Shown: piece by piece, positions 50,897 to 63,296 of the stretch
Numbering within the stretch: position 1 is the stretch's first letter
How the letters are laid out: every line of letters begins with the position of its first letter
NCBI GenBank assembly: GCA_044892505.1
Contig: CM097882.1
Location: forward strand, 142,972,001-143,036,000
Source: Schmidtea nova
Taxonomy: Eukaryota
DNA: 64,000 bases
Direction of reading: 5' to 3'
Program-made: the position numbers and the translations under genes
Notes under the pieces: model-generated
What the model was told of the DNA's origin: nothing
Seen by the model: only the letters and a program-made list of their open reading frames with translations
The model's database searches: none

Positions 50897-51083
50897 NNNN
50901 NNNNNNNNNNNNNNNNNNNNNNNNNNNNNNNNNNNNNNNNNNNNNNNNNNNNNNNNNNNNNNNNNNNNNNNNNNNNNNNNNNNNNNNNNNNNNNNNNNNN
51001 NNNNNNNNNNNNNNNNNNNNNNNNNNNNNNNNNNNNNNNNNNNNNNNNNNNNNNNNNNNNNNNNNNNNNNNNNNNNNNNNNNN
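50897..51083. other. Assembly gap inside the right TIR
   Basis: N run. Confidence 1.
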
Positions 51084-52289
51084 CAAAAAAAATTAGGGGG
51101 GTGGGTGGGATAAACTGTATAATTATTACTTAACATATACAGTTTAGGGATAAATGGCTTGGCCCCGTGTTCTCACTATCCCCTACTGTTGTCTGGTTCT
51201 GTGATTTTGTTGAGCATTCGGTAGTCACCGCAAGCTCTCCATTCCCCGTTTGCCTTTTGTTTGAGCATGAGTGCTGGGGACCAATCAGAGTTCGAGTGAG
51301 TTACTATTTTGTTTTCTAGTAACTCCTTGAAAATTTCGTTTGTAATTTTTGTATTTTGTGAATCTAGTTGTCTCACCTTTGCATGCACTGGGTTTCCGTT
51401 TGTTATGATTGCATGTTCCGTTACTGGTTCGGTGAGTTTTTCGAATTTTCCCAGTAGTTTATTTATTTCTGGGTCATGATTCAATTTTTGTTTTTGTTTA
51501 TTGTTAGGTGGACCCGTTTGGATAACACTGATATCTATTTTTGGTTTTCCTCCGCTGCTCGAGTTGTGCTGTGGTGTTGTAGTATTAGTATTATTTTCTA
51601 ATATTTGTTTGTTTTTACAATCCACTAGGAGGTTGTAATTTGTTAGGAAGTCTGTTCCTATTATTGCTTGTTGGACCTCAGCTATGGTGAATGTCCAGTT
51701 GTAGTTTTTTTGTTTATGTTTAGATTTATTGTTTGTTGCCCGAAAGTTTTTATGTTTGTGCCGTTAGCTGCTGTTAATGGTTTTTCTGTTTTGTTGGCAC
51801 TTTTATACATAGAATGGGGCAGTAGTGAGATCACCAAGACGGTGTGTATTAAAAAATCTATGTTATTGCTGTGCACCCAAAATGTGTTATTTATGTCACC
51901 TGATGTGGGTGCTATCATTGGTGACCTTATTGGTTTCCCTGCTCTGTTTTATTGAATTCGCAGGGTTGTGTGCATATAAATGCTTTTTCACCGAATTTGT
52001 TGTGGAAGTAACAGAGGATTTTGTTTAGGTAATTGTTTTTTGAATCTCTTTCTGGGCTTCTGTTTCGGTAATTGTTGCCTCGATTTGGGGAGTTCGACCG
52101 GTTTCTGTAATTGTTGTTTGGTGATTGGCTGCGGCTGTAGTTTTGTCTGTTGTATTCTGGGGGTTGATTGTAGCATTGTCTGTTTTGACCGTCTGATGGT
52201 AGGTCTCTGTTGTAGTTGTATCTTTTGTAACTATCGTATGATTGGTTTGAGTTAAAGTTTTGTTTATTATATCGTTGAGGTTATAATAT

Positions 52290-52790
52290 CATGAGGTTGA
52301 CTCACATAACATGTATGTCTTCACGCTGAATCTCAATCTTTTGAGTGACATGTACTGTATCCGTCCTAGACGCCCTTTGTATAACATCAGACTTTCGTAT
52401 ATGCTTACATTTCTTTCGAGAACACACCCTTGTTGAAATTTTTTTGCAAGTATTGAAACACAGGCCATATTTTATTCAGTTTAGGATTGGAATAGGTTGA
52501 TTCATGGAATTCAGCATTATTGCTAAATTACAATACAAATTTAGCAATAAAACCACCTGTATGAAAGGGTGCATGCAAAATACGAAGTTTCGAATATCTT
52601 ACATTTGGTCCAGTGCATTTTCTCTTTTGCTTTCTTTACAACACTTTGCACTAAAATGATCGCAAAATATATTCTCATTTCGTTTAATATGAATTTTATA
52701 ATTTTAAGAATTTTCAGTTTGTTTCATATTATTTTCTAAAGTTCCTAATTTTATTCCTAAAAATTTGAGTATTACTTAATATTTTAATTA
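52290..52790 (-). pseudogene. piggyBac transposase fragment (paralog of 15333-15760)
   Basis: [32 protein letters not shown]. Confidence 0.8.
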
Positions 52791-52941
52791 TCATTCTATG
52801 AAATTTCAAAATTAAATTATTTATATTTTTTCAATAATACATATTTATTTAGTTGTTCTCTGATTTAGTCTTACTGTTCTCTTAAGATTTTCATGTAAAT
52901 TCATGTGAATTTTTAATATTATGTTTTATTTTAATTATATA

Positions 52942-53657
52942 CAGGGTTACCAACTCTGCAACGAGTAACACACGAAGAAATTATTTTTACATCCGAAGAT
53001 TTAATATATAATAAATACAAATGAATATAAAACAAAATATTTTTATTCAATAACAATAAAACATAAAACAACAAAATTTATTCAATAAGAAAACATAAAA
53101 AATTAGGAAGTTCAGAAAATATAATTAATTCTTTAAATTATATTTTGTTGTTTTTAATGAACATTCAAGTAAATTATTTTGTTCTGGTGCTTTTAAATAT
53201 GTAAAAAAATCTTCACAATTCATGTTGAAATTTATTCTTACAGAAAGTTCAGCTTTAATAAGCGCTATTCTCATTTTATTTCTTTCATCTCTCCAAACGG
53301 AATTCATTATTGAAAAATTCTTTCAATAAATGCATTACTAACCGGAATGCTTAAAATTTTCGACAATATTTTTTTAATTTCATTAGTCCATTAATCGACT
53401 GGAATATTTTCACCCATAATTGTAAAACTTCATTTTTTCCATTTTTAGTAATTCTAATCTTTGGAAGAATCTGATTAATAGAAATAATCTCATCATATAT
53501 TTTATCTTCGTCAACTACTAAATTTAGTATTTCCAACTTTCAAGATTGAGCTAAAAGTACAAATATTTTGACAAACCCGAAGAAATAAGTGTTCAACCCG
53601 AAGTTACGACATCAAACCCGAAGTCTTCAGGTGAAAATGGTCGAGTTTGTAACCCTG
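52942..53657 (-). mobile_element. hAT deletion derivative (716 bp) with 8-bp TSD
   Basis: TIR CAGGGTTACCAACTC / GAGTTTGTAACCCTG; TSD ATTATATA at 52934-52941 and 53658-53665; C-terminal remnant MNSVWRDERNKM; empty paralogous site near 16698. Confidence 0.9.
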
Positions 53658-54265
53658 ATTATATACCTATTGTAAGATAATTTTAGAGGATTTATTAGTC
53701 GATTATGTGAGATTTTAATTATAAACTTCTTGTGCACGATCAGATTTTGGGGTAATCTTGTCATTTAAACAAATTAAATTTTTGATTTCACCAAACAATA
53801 TTAAATAAAGAATTTTAGCTGCAACTAAATTATCAATTATGCAAATGAAATTAAATCTGTTTTTAGTAATTGTTTGTTACAATTTAATATTGTTAATAAT
53901 ATATTAAATACTATGTTAATAAATCAACATTCTATCTTTGAACAAGGGGTTTGACCCTTACAAAATTAACTAAAATTTTTACACCATTTACAAAAATATC
54001 AAAAAATATGAGAAAGAAAATAAAAACTAAAATGAAAAATTACTATACATTAACAGTTAATGCAGGAGGACCCATGCATTAACCAGTAAAATACAATATT
54101 GAATCTTTAATTAATTGAATTTATGAATTTTATGAGTCCTGTCCCAAAACACAACACCAATAAAGAACGCAATTATTGCTAATTAAATATATTTGATATC
54201 GAAAGATAAAACTAAAATAGGAATTAATTTGTGTTCGGTTCATGAAAATATAAAATTATAATTTC

Positions 54266-54889
54266 TCAGTGATTCGACAAGTCTCTTTCCGCTTCATCTA
54301 AATCCCAATTGCACATTGACAACGTGTGGATTGAGAGCTCTTTCGCGTATCCCATGCCAACCAAATGGCTGATCTTTGATTCGAAATCATCAAATTCATC
54401 TTTTCTTGGACCTCCTGCATAAAAATGATTCCAAAATGCTGCAGTTTTATCAAATAGATCTCTGTCATTTATATATTGTTTAGCAACCATTGCATCTTGA
54501 GGATCATTCGGTTCTGCTTGAATGAGTAACGAAGATATTCCGACCATAACCGTCAATAGATTTTGAGAAGTTGTCCATTTATCACTCAGTATATCAAGAC
54601 AAATACACCCAGTTGCAGAACTGATATTCGGATGCCAAACCTTTGTGATGAAATAAGCCCGCGGAGGCTTTGTTGGATATTCTTTGGGAAGGTTGAAGTC
54701 GACTTCGTAAGATCCCTCTTGATATGGAGAACCTGGAAATCCTGTAAAAGTTCCAATGAGTTTAGAGGTATCGTTTTGTGCATTTAGTCGAACCGAAATC
54801 CCTTCTGGATTTCTTTTATGAATAAGATTCAATTCATTAAGAATTCTTTTAGTACCGAAGTTTCTAGGATTAAGCATTTCAATTGACAT
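54266..54889 (-). CDS. UBE2K: UBE2K/Ubc1-like E2, intronless, copy 2
   Basis: 207 aa; differs from copy 1 at FNIP/FNLP and DAIV/DAMV; flanks 53903-55365 match 34910-36393. Confidence 0.92.
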   Translation of the reverse strand: MSIEMLNPRNFGTKRILNELNLIHKRNPEGISVRLNAQNDTSKLIGTFTGFPGSPYQEGSYEVDFNLPKEYPTKPPRAYFITKVWHPNISSATGCICLDILSDKWTTSQNLLTVMVGISSLLIQAEPNDPQDAMVAKQYINDRDLFDKTAAFWNHFYAGGPRKDEFDDFESKISHLVGMGYAKELSIHTLSMCNWDLDEAERDLSNH

Positions 54890-55365
54890 GGCATTTGAGT
54901 TTTGGTTTTACCTTATATAGTTGGAATTGAGTAATACTTCTTGCAAAATTACGGAAATAATCATTGTCACGTATTTAAGGAAAACCTAATAAAATAATAC
55001 AAGTTTAGGAAATAAAACTAAAGTTAATTGAAAAACATTAAAACATCAAAAGTGCACTTTGGTTCATTTTTATATTTCTGTATTTTATCTTTTTCGCCAT
55101 ATATCTCGATTCGTTATCCATTTTCTTTTCATTTCTTTCAGACTATAAATCAATAATTTGTATTTTATTTAGCAAAATATTTATCTACCGAGTGTATTAG
55201 AAAGTCATAAACTAATCGCGATAATTGATATTAAATAAAGTTCAAAATGATATTTACCATTATTAAATGATCAAATATTTTTCGTTAATCCTCAAAATAT
55301 TATTTTACTTTTTCAATATAACTGTAAAGTAAACGAAAGATAATGGAAGATAGATACGTTTTATT

Positions 55366-57171
55366 CAGTCCCGGATTACCCATTAGGCAGAGTAGGCAAC
55401 TGCCTATGGGGCCCGCTACTTTTAGGGGACCCATGAGACCGTGACGAAAGAATTTTTTTACTTACTTATTGTTAAGAATAGAGGCGACTGACGACGCTGA
55501 CGTCATACAATAATGTTTTCAATTTAGTCTAGTAGTTAAGTTAAATTAAATTCAAAAATTATAAATAAAATTTATAGATCCTAGATAAAATGTCGATGAA
55601 AGAGAGAAAGCACGAAATCGGAGCAGAGAAGCAAAGTAAGAAAAAGGAAGCCACAGTGAAGCTTCAAGAAAAAATTAAAATGACCCCGTCGCTTTTCCAA
55701 CTTGGCTTCACTCGTTCATCTGCAAAAGATCAAGCGTGTGGTAGTACTGCCGCCGGCAGTGCCAGCGATGTTATGGCGACAGACTTGCCTTCCGAAGTGA
55801 CTGCTGTACAAATGGCTGAGCATCAGGACACCATAGATGAGACTGCCAAAACCGATCAGGATTTTAATGTGATTGCTCCGGAGATGCAAATTCAGGGACC
55901 GGAATTTCAAAAAGACGTCGGATTATGGGAAAACAATAATAACGCAGTGCAAGAACATTGGTGTAGTAGAGATCCTGTAGAATGCCAGCATTTTGATTGT
56001 GATTTTTCGGCTTCACGTAGGCAGTACGATGATGGTACTGCACGATATTTTACTCGTTCCATGATGTTTCGGAAGCATGTGAATGGAGAACAAATTAAAC
56101 GGGAATGGTTGATGTACTCGCCAACTTCTTGTAATGTATACTGTTTTCCCTGCGTCTTATTTCGTGATGCAGGTAAAGGAATTCAAACTCAATTCTGTGA
56201 TATATTTTCTGACTGGAAAAATGCTTCTCAGCGCATCCAGATGCACGAGAGCAGTGAGATGCACCGAGCATGTATGCAGCCGCTTATTACTAGGCGAAGT
56301 GCAGTATGTCGCTTAGACTGCTGTTTACAAATTCAATTCTACAAAGAGAAAGAATACTGGATAAAGATTCTGCAGTGAGTAGTGTCAGTTGTCAAGTTTC
56401 TGTCGTCGCGTGGATTAGCCTTTCACGGTGAAAATGAAAATATAGGATCCAAATATAACGGAAATTACTTGGGCGTTTAAGAGTTGATTGCGCAGAACGA
56501 TTTTTGCCTGAGTTCTCATTTAGCCAAATATGATAACCAAGGCCGAGAAAGACCGTCCTACCTTTCATCTACCTTTCAACTAAAAATCCAAACAACGACA
56601 GAATTTTGCGTATGCTCGCATGCGGCGGTTGAGCTCAGCAGATAGTTTATCCAATATCAGTAAATAGGTTTCAATCATGAACTTGTCTTTTCCAAGAAGT
56701 ACAACTTCTTTAGCGTCACCATCGGCGTGATGTCGTTTTTGCTTGCGAAAACCATTATAATCGTCATAGTACTGTGCTTCAACTTTCTCGTTCGCCTTCT
56801 CTTCGTATTCATCGAACAAATTTCTCTGTGATGTTAGAAAATCTGACAATGATTGCAATATATTGACGGCCGTCTGGAGTTCTATCGTTTCTTTCTGTTG
56901 TGATTTACTGACTGCATTGATTCTTTCCAAGATGACAGCCCAAAAGACTGACATAACGGCTGTTTCCTTCCTCGACAGGTCTTTTAACAATCATTGTCTC
57001 TGACTTTTGCTTCACATCTTCTGCAATGACCGACAACGCCTTCTGGAAGCTGCTGTAACCACAAGACAGCGTCTTGGTCGCATCCGCCCGCTCACACCAC
57101 CTTGTTCCAGTCACTCTTTTTAAAACGAGTCCAGAGCCAGCTTCATTTTCAAGACATTTGGACATAACCAC
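55366..57171. mobile_element. hAT (ZMYM1/TTF-zinc-finger type) element: N-terminus on +, C-terminal part inverted on -
   Basis: Left end CAGTCCCGGATTA after GTTTTATT; REWLMYSP..VYCFPCVLF..DWKN..HESSEMH (55590-56378 +); RPSYLS at ~56552-56568 +; GTRWCER and C-terminal pieces at 56580-57171 -. Confidence 0.85.
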
Positions 57172-60100
57172 AGTAGGTAGTTAATGGACCTTAAACTCAC
57201 TTCAAATCCTACCCACCCCTCCTCCCCTAGAAAATATTTTTTTTCTGAGTTTACGGGCCACTATGTTTTTTCTGGCCTTTTTTGAATTGGAAATTTATTG
57301 TCGGTCTTTTGTACAGGGATTTTGAGCTCCGAGATTTTTCTCGGGCAAAAAGGGACTCTGGTATTTTGTACATGGAAATTTGGTCGAGGTTTTTTGTACA
57401 GCATTTTATACTCCCAGATTTTTCTAGGGCAAAAGGGACTCTGTTATTTTTGAATTAAATTATAAATTTTAATGGTAAATAAAAACACGTGTAAATTTTT
57501 TAAACAAGTAAAATACATTGAAATTATTTTGAATAGGATTATCAATTCCCACAATTTCTCGGGCAAAAAGAGACTCTAGTAATTTTTATTCAGAAATTTT
57601 CAAGAAATTTTTATGGTTTTTATTTCTATGGTAAAATACAAAAACACAAGAATGACATAATATTTAAAATTTAAGAAAAAAAGGGTAAAATCAAGGCAAT
57701 GTGAGAGTTGAAATGACACAATATTTAAAATTTAATAAATAAAAAGGGTAAAATTAATTTTTTGGAGAAATCAGAGTTAGTAAATTTTTAAATATAAAAT
57801 TAAATTCTTTTTCACAAAAAGAAATTATTTTTTTCACAAAATTCTTTTTTAAACCAATAAAAGTCTTAACTAATAAAAAGAAAAAAATTTTAACTAATAA
57901 AAAGAAACATTTTTAACTAAATTTTATTAAAATAAATCTTCTTCATCGTCTTCTTCTGTAACTTGATTGAATTCTCTGTCATTAATGTCTTTATAATGCC
58001 CGAATGCACAACTTTCATTTTTTCCCACCCACACCCTTTTATAATCATTATTAGTTAGTGCAATTTTTGAATTTTTACAGATATATAACTGATGATTTTT
58101 TGTACATATTCTAAATTGTGGTACACTAATCTCTGAGTTATTTAAATAACATTTTACATATGAATCGTGGTCTAATTTAGTATCCTTTAATTTTGCTCAC
58201 TAAGCTTTTGTAGTATTAGTTTTATCCAACAAGCTGTAACATTTCGGTCTAAGGAAAATCCACTCATCATATCCTTCACCCTTACTTTCATCTTTGAATT
58301 TCCCAATAACAGAATCCAATTTCTTGCTGTATAGTGGGTGATCAGTTGGATAATTTGATGTATCTAACAAGTTATCATTTTTCATTTCATTTAATAATAT
58401 TTCTAATTTTTAATTTTTAATTTCTAGAAAAAACGAATCTGTATCGCCTGCTACAATATTTATCTGACAACTATATTTGTCGCGATATTTTTGTAAATCT
58501 TTGTATTGTAATTCGTACATTCAAAGTTTTGATAAATCAAGCACTGATTGTCCAATATAACTCGGTCTATCTAAACAAATCGAATCTGGATTTAATAAAG
58601 CAGCAACTAAATTATCGTCGATTTTAATAGATTTTTTGAAAGAAGGTTTTGATGTATATTTAACTAGTTGAACATAATCTTAAATTCATTCTCTTTTTAA
58701 GATTTTCCACTGTTTTGCCATACAGACTATTATTGAGTAATTTGAAAAAGTTTTTATCTAAAGTATTAATCCTTTTCAACCGCAATTCAGTGTTGGTATC
58801 TATATACTTTTTGAAAATTGGAGATTGTTTAAATTTAACTTCTTTATTTATCTTTGTGATCTTAACACCAAGTTCTAAATATAATTGAAGTAATCGCCAA
58901 TGAATTATATAATTATTTTTAGGGTAATGAGTCAATAGTAATTTTTCTACCTTTGAACCTCGTGGTTTCATTTTTTCTGCAGCTACCGGTAAATCATCCA
59001 AGAAATCATGAATTTCAGCAGGTATTTCCAAATCTACCTCTAAAGTGTAACCGTAAGATATAGATTCAAGATTTAGATTAATACAGTCATGCAAAATATT
59101 ATCTAAATTATCAGTCACCCAACTAAATTCTCCACAAGGTAAAGGTTCACTTAAAGCCCATCCGTAAAGATTATTTATATCGATATACAATAATTCTGTA
59201 TTTTCATCGGTTTTAACGAAGTGTTTATTTACAAAAGTCAAACCTCCTCGAATTCCCCCTTCATAAAAGCAAAACATTTCATTTTCTGTTATTAATTCTA
59301 TTGGTTCATCTAAAGTCATTAAAGAAGATGACTAAGACATGCCAGGAATACCGAAGTAATTCAATGGCTCTAATCTATTGTGAGCTATAAATTTGGTTCG
59401 AAATTGCTGAAAGTAATCAGCCAAAAAAAAGCAATCAAGTTTCAAGTAAATCATCATATTATCTAAAAGAGTAACACAGTTTGTTTCTGTCCAAATCAGT
59501 TGTGCCATTTCATATTCTTCTTTTGAAACACCTTTCCAGATTGGTGGTAACTCATAAGTATTTTCAAATACTTCTAAACTTGTAGCAAAAGTTATACGGA
59601 AAAATACCCTTTTCAGAAACTATAGTTCCATTAAAAACCGAATTTGTCAAAGGTAAAGATTTCAACGTTTTCACTGCCTTTGCCAAAGAATCATTCACAA
59701 ACTGGTATGAGTCTATAAATCTTAAACTAATCTTGCCAACATGAGCTATCAATGAAATAGATTTTTCAGTTGTAATAGGTATTCAATTCAATGACCAATT
59801 CTTGAACTTATTTAATCCGTGTTTAAGAATATGGTGCATATCGTATCCTTTCAAGTTATGAAAAACTATTGGCAAAGACTTATTGATTTTTCTATTAATG
59901 TTACACGTTTTACATGCTGCATCTAAATATTTCCCAGTGAAATGGTCGTGGTCTCTTACAGGATCTACGATTTTGTTCATGCAAAGGTAACAAGTGGTAC
60001 CATTTTTAAATTGTTCCTCTTCAATTTCAGTCAATCTATTCATTTGTTTGTTTCCATTTTTATTGTAATATGGAAGAACTTTTAATAAAGCAATATCTTC

Positions 60101-61714
60101 AACCGCTTTTAAAAAATCATCTACACAATTTAGTCCAATAAATTGTTGGTAAGATTTTGTCCCATCAAAGTTATTTATTAACAAAAGCCCCGCAGAAATA
60201 GGCAAGTGTTTCTGATAATATACATCATCCTTTGATAAAAAAGCTTCAAAGTCTGCATAAATAACGAATGGTGGGGTAACAGTTTTTGACCAATCAGTAA
60301 ATTTTAGCATTTTATTTTCCGGGAAAGTGTATAATGTTGTTCCTAGTTGATTTTTTCTGCATAAAATCTCATGTTTTTCCAACGATAATTTATTTGGGAA
60401 ACCATTTAAACATCTAATGCACCATTCGCTTCTTATCCTAGTAGTACAATAAAGGCTTTGGTGACAATTCATTAAACGTTTTAAATTTATAATAGGTACA
60501 TAATGATATTTTCCCCTTCATTTAATAACAATAAATTTATAGTTTTTCCTTCTATTACTTTTGACCGATGAATGATATCCAAATGAGAATGCTTTAAAGT
60601 ATAATCATCTTGTTCTTCATTAATTTCATTATTATAACATAGTACATTTATGATCAATCCTGGATTCTTTGCCTTGAATTTTCTGATACTATTTAATTTC
60701 ATGGGCATGTCTGATATATTATATTTGAGCTCTGACAAAAAATTTGTATATTTTGATACTCTTTCTCTATCTCTAGATATTGAATCATATTTTGATATAG
60801 CTAAAATGCTATATAAAAAACATAAATTATCCTTATTATCGATGTTTAATATACATCTCTTTCCTTTTAATACTTCAGGAGTTTTTACAATGCTTCTACC
60901 TGCTAACCTACTTATATTGGATATCTTAGTTACAACAAAACTTATTTCAGTAATACGATTAAGTACCCAACTGCTACCTAATTCCGGAAATGAAGTTATC
61001 TTTTCATTCAATTTTTTAATTCCCTCTTCGAAAAATGTCTGTGTCAGAGGTTTTGCGCTATTGGAAATATTGTTTCTTTTAATTTCTCCATCTTTCTCAA
61101 ATTCAATACAGATACCAAATTGTATCTTCACATAGCCTAGTTCGTTAATTATTTCTATTAATTTATTAATTAATGATTGTGGAAAAAAATTTGCTTTATA
61201 TTTAAATCACTAGTGTTAATTTTTAAAATCCTATGCGATCCATTTAAATCACTTTCAATGACAGGGAGAGGTTCTATAACACTTCCTCCAGTTTGATAAA
61301 AACCAACGTTCCAAAAATCTTCAATCTCTTCCCCCGCTTCAATTAAAAGCTTGTTTTCGTCCGCTTCCAACTCTTCCATCGCTTCTAATAAAATCTTGTC
61401 TTCAATATCTTCTTGTAAATTTTGTGATTTCTTGATTATTTCTATGTTCAATTTAATCTTTTTATTATTTATAGGGTTTTGAGTCAAGTTTGGTCTTTTA
61501 AATAATTTTATTTTCTTAGACCTATATTCATTTAAATGATCCTTATGTTCATCGTAAAAATTTTGATATGTAAGGGGTTGGGAAGTTTGGCATACAAGAC
61601 ATATATAATAGCGAATTTTATAATAAGAGTGTCCATAATATTGCTCCATTGATCGATGACAATTATCGATGTGGTCAGTTGAAAAGCAATAATTTGGGTA
61701 TAAAACACCTATGA

Positions 61715-62234
61715 NNNNNNNNNNNNNNNNNNNNNNNNNNNNNNNNNNNNNNNNNNNNNNNNNNNNNNNNNNNNNNNNNNNNNNNNNNNNNNNNNNNNNN
61801 NNNNNNNNNNNNNNNNNNNNNNNNNNNNNNNNNNNNNNNNNNNNNNNNNNNNNNNNNNNNNNNNNNNNNNNNNNNNNNNNNNNNNNNNNNNNNNNNNNNN
61901 NNNNNNNNNNNNNNNNNNNNNNNNNNNNNNNNNNNNNNNNNNNNNNNNNNNNNNNNNNNNNNNNNNNNNNNNNNNNNNNNNNNNNNNNNNNNNNNNNNNN
62001 NNNNNNNNNNNNNNNNNNNNNNNNNNNNNNNNNNNNNNNNNNNNNNNNNNNNNNNNNNNNNNNNNNNNNNNNNNNNNNNNNNNNNNNNNNNNNNNNNNNN
62101 NNNNNNNNNNNNNNNNNNNNNNNNNNNNNNNNNNNNNNNNNNNNNNNNNNNNNNNNNNNNNNNNNNNNNNNNNNNNNNNNNNNNNNNNNNNNNNNNNNNN
62201 NNNNNNNNNNNNNNNNNNNNNNNNNNNNNNNNNN
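61715..62234. other. Assembly gap
   Basis: N run. Confidence 1.
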
Positions 62235-62576
62235 GCATGAATGGTGGGGTTGGCGCGTGTGTGAGTTTTGCTTGTTTAAATTTAGTTGTTAATTATTATT
62301 ATTATTATTATGGTTGAAAATGGAATCGATTGATGATCGATTGAAAGATGGTTTCCTGGAAATAATGTGGTTAACAAGGTAAATTGGATTGTTTATTGAA
62401 ATCAAAATAAAATGATAATCCGAGACGAATCGTATGGTCTATATTCAATTGAAATCTCAATTATGGTAATTAGAATGTCGGGAAATATTGCCTGTTGTAT
62501 TTTAATTTCAAGAAGTCGACTTATGCCAGACCAAAATGTCAACATGAACGCACTTTTCAGTGTGATGTAGTCGTCG

Positions 62577-63188
62577 TTGGACTTCTCTCTATGCTTATTT
62601 TGCATTATTTCACTAATGAATTATCCGAAAATCCACAATGATATCCTAGGAGTGTTTATCTGTCGAATTATAAAGAGCAAAGCACTATTCTGGATGATAT
62701 GCTCTCTGAGAGCGAGCGCCAGTAATTTGATAATGTTCCTCACGGCCAGGCTAGGCTTGTTGGTAGCCGCTTCATTAATCCAAGTCATCCCTCACATTGG
62801 AATGGTCAGTTATATTGAAAACGACAAAATCCGAAATTGCAATTTCTCTGCCATTCACGGCTTCATAGAATTCACGAAACTTTATGGCATTTTACGACTT
62901 GATGTCGTGTTCAATTTTATGTATTTGTATCTCTTCCCAATTACAGTAACGCTTGTTTACAAACAAATTGATGATTGCCTGAAAGACAGTGAAGACACAT
63001 CCAGACAGATTGTTTTGAAGGAAATTATGAAAAGCTTCCTATTAGATACAGTATTATTTTTCTTTTGCTTTTCCTTCCACAGGTATCGAATAGGCATGGC
63101 CATGATTGTAATGTATGCTGTTGTTTATCTTTACATTTCAATGATTAGTGACAATAAAATTCTTAATAAAGCGTTGAGTTGTCAGAAC

Positions 63189-63249
<61 letters not shown>

Positions 63250-63296
63250 TTATCAAATTATATATTTACAAATATTTTACTTTATCTATTTACTAA
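62577..63296 (+). CDS. Multi-pass membrane (7TM/GPCR-like) ORF or pseudogene, antisense within intron 3 of the decayed PolB
   Basis: About 200 stop-free hydrophobic codons before the (AAT)n run; spacing resembles TM5-7 (FMYLYLFPITVTLVYKQI, LDTVLFFFCFSF, IVMYAVVYLYIS); no canonical DRY/NPxxY. Confidence 0.35.
63189..63250. repeat. (AAT)n microsatellite
   Basis: About 20 units; a short AAT run sits at the same intron position in the intact copy (~22183-22193). Confidence 0.95.

Larger units (their letters stand above)
46756..51187. mobile_element. 4,432-bp non-coding Polinton-type element with ~1.2-kb TIRs and 6-bp TSD
   Basis: Termini AGTAGGGGATAGTGAG / CTCACTATCCCCTACT; TSD GTTGTC at 46750-46755 and 51188-51193; removing it restores RT ...ITEPDNYPLP... 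Confidence 0.92.
44116..52250 (-). mobile_element. Ty3/Gypsy-like LTR retrotransposon, frameshifted, interrupted by the 46756-51187 insertion
   Basis: Protease-like 51682-51918 (LTAANGTNIKTFG); RT 51194-51625 (WRACGDYRMLN) continuing 46369-46755 (YPLP, KIDLQKAYHQIP, RMPFGLRNAAATFQR, YLDDIL); RH-IN 45164-46393 (HH-CC, HIDIVGP); GPF motif in 44385-44738; PPT AAAGGGGGAAG at 44126-44116 followed by TG. Confidence 0.9.

Noticed and set aside
61675-62292. ORFs made of X (also around 3295-3880, 42891-43241, 50871-51136)
   Set aside because: They run through N gaps.
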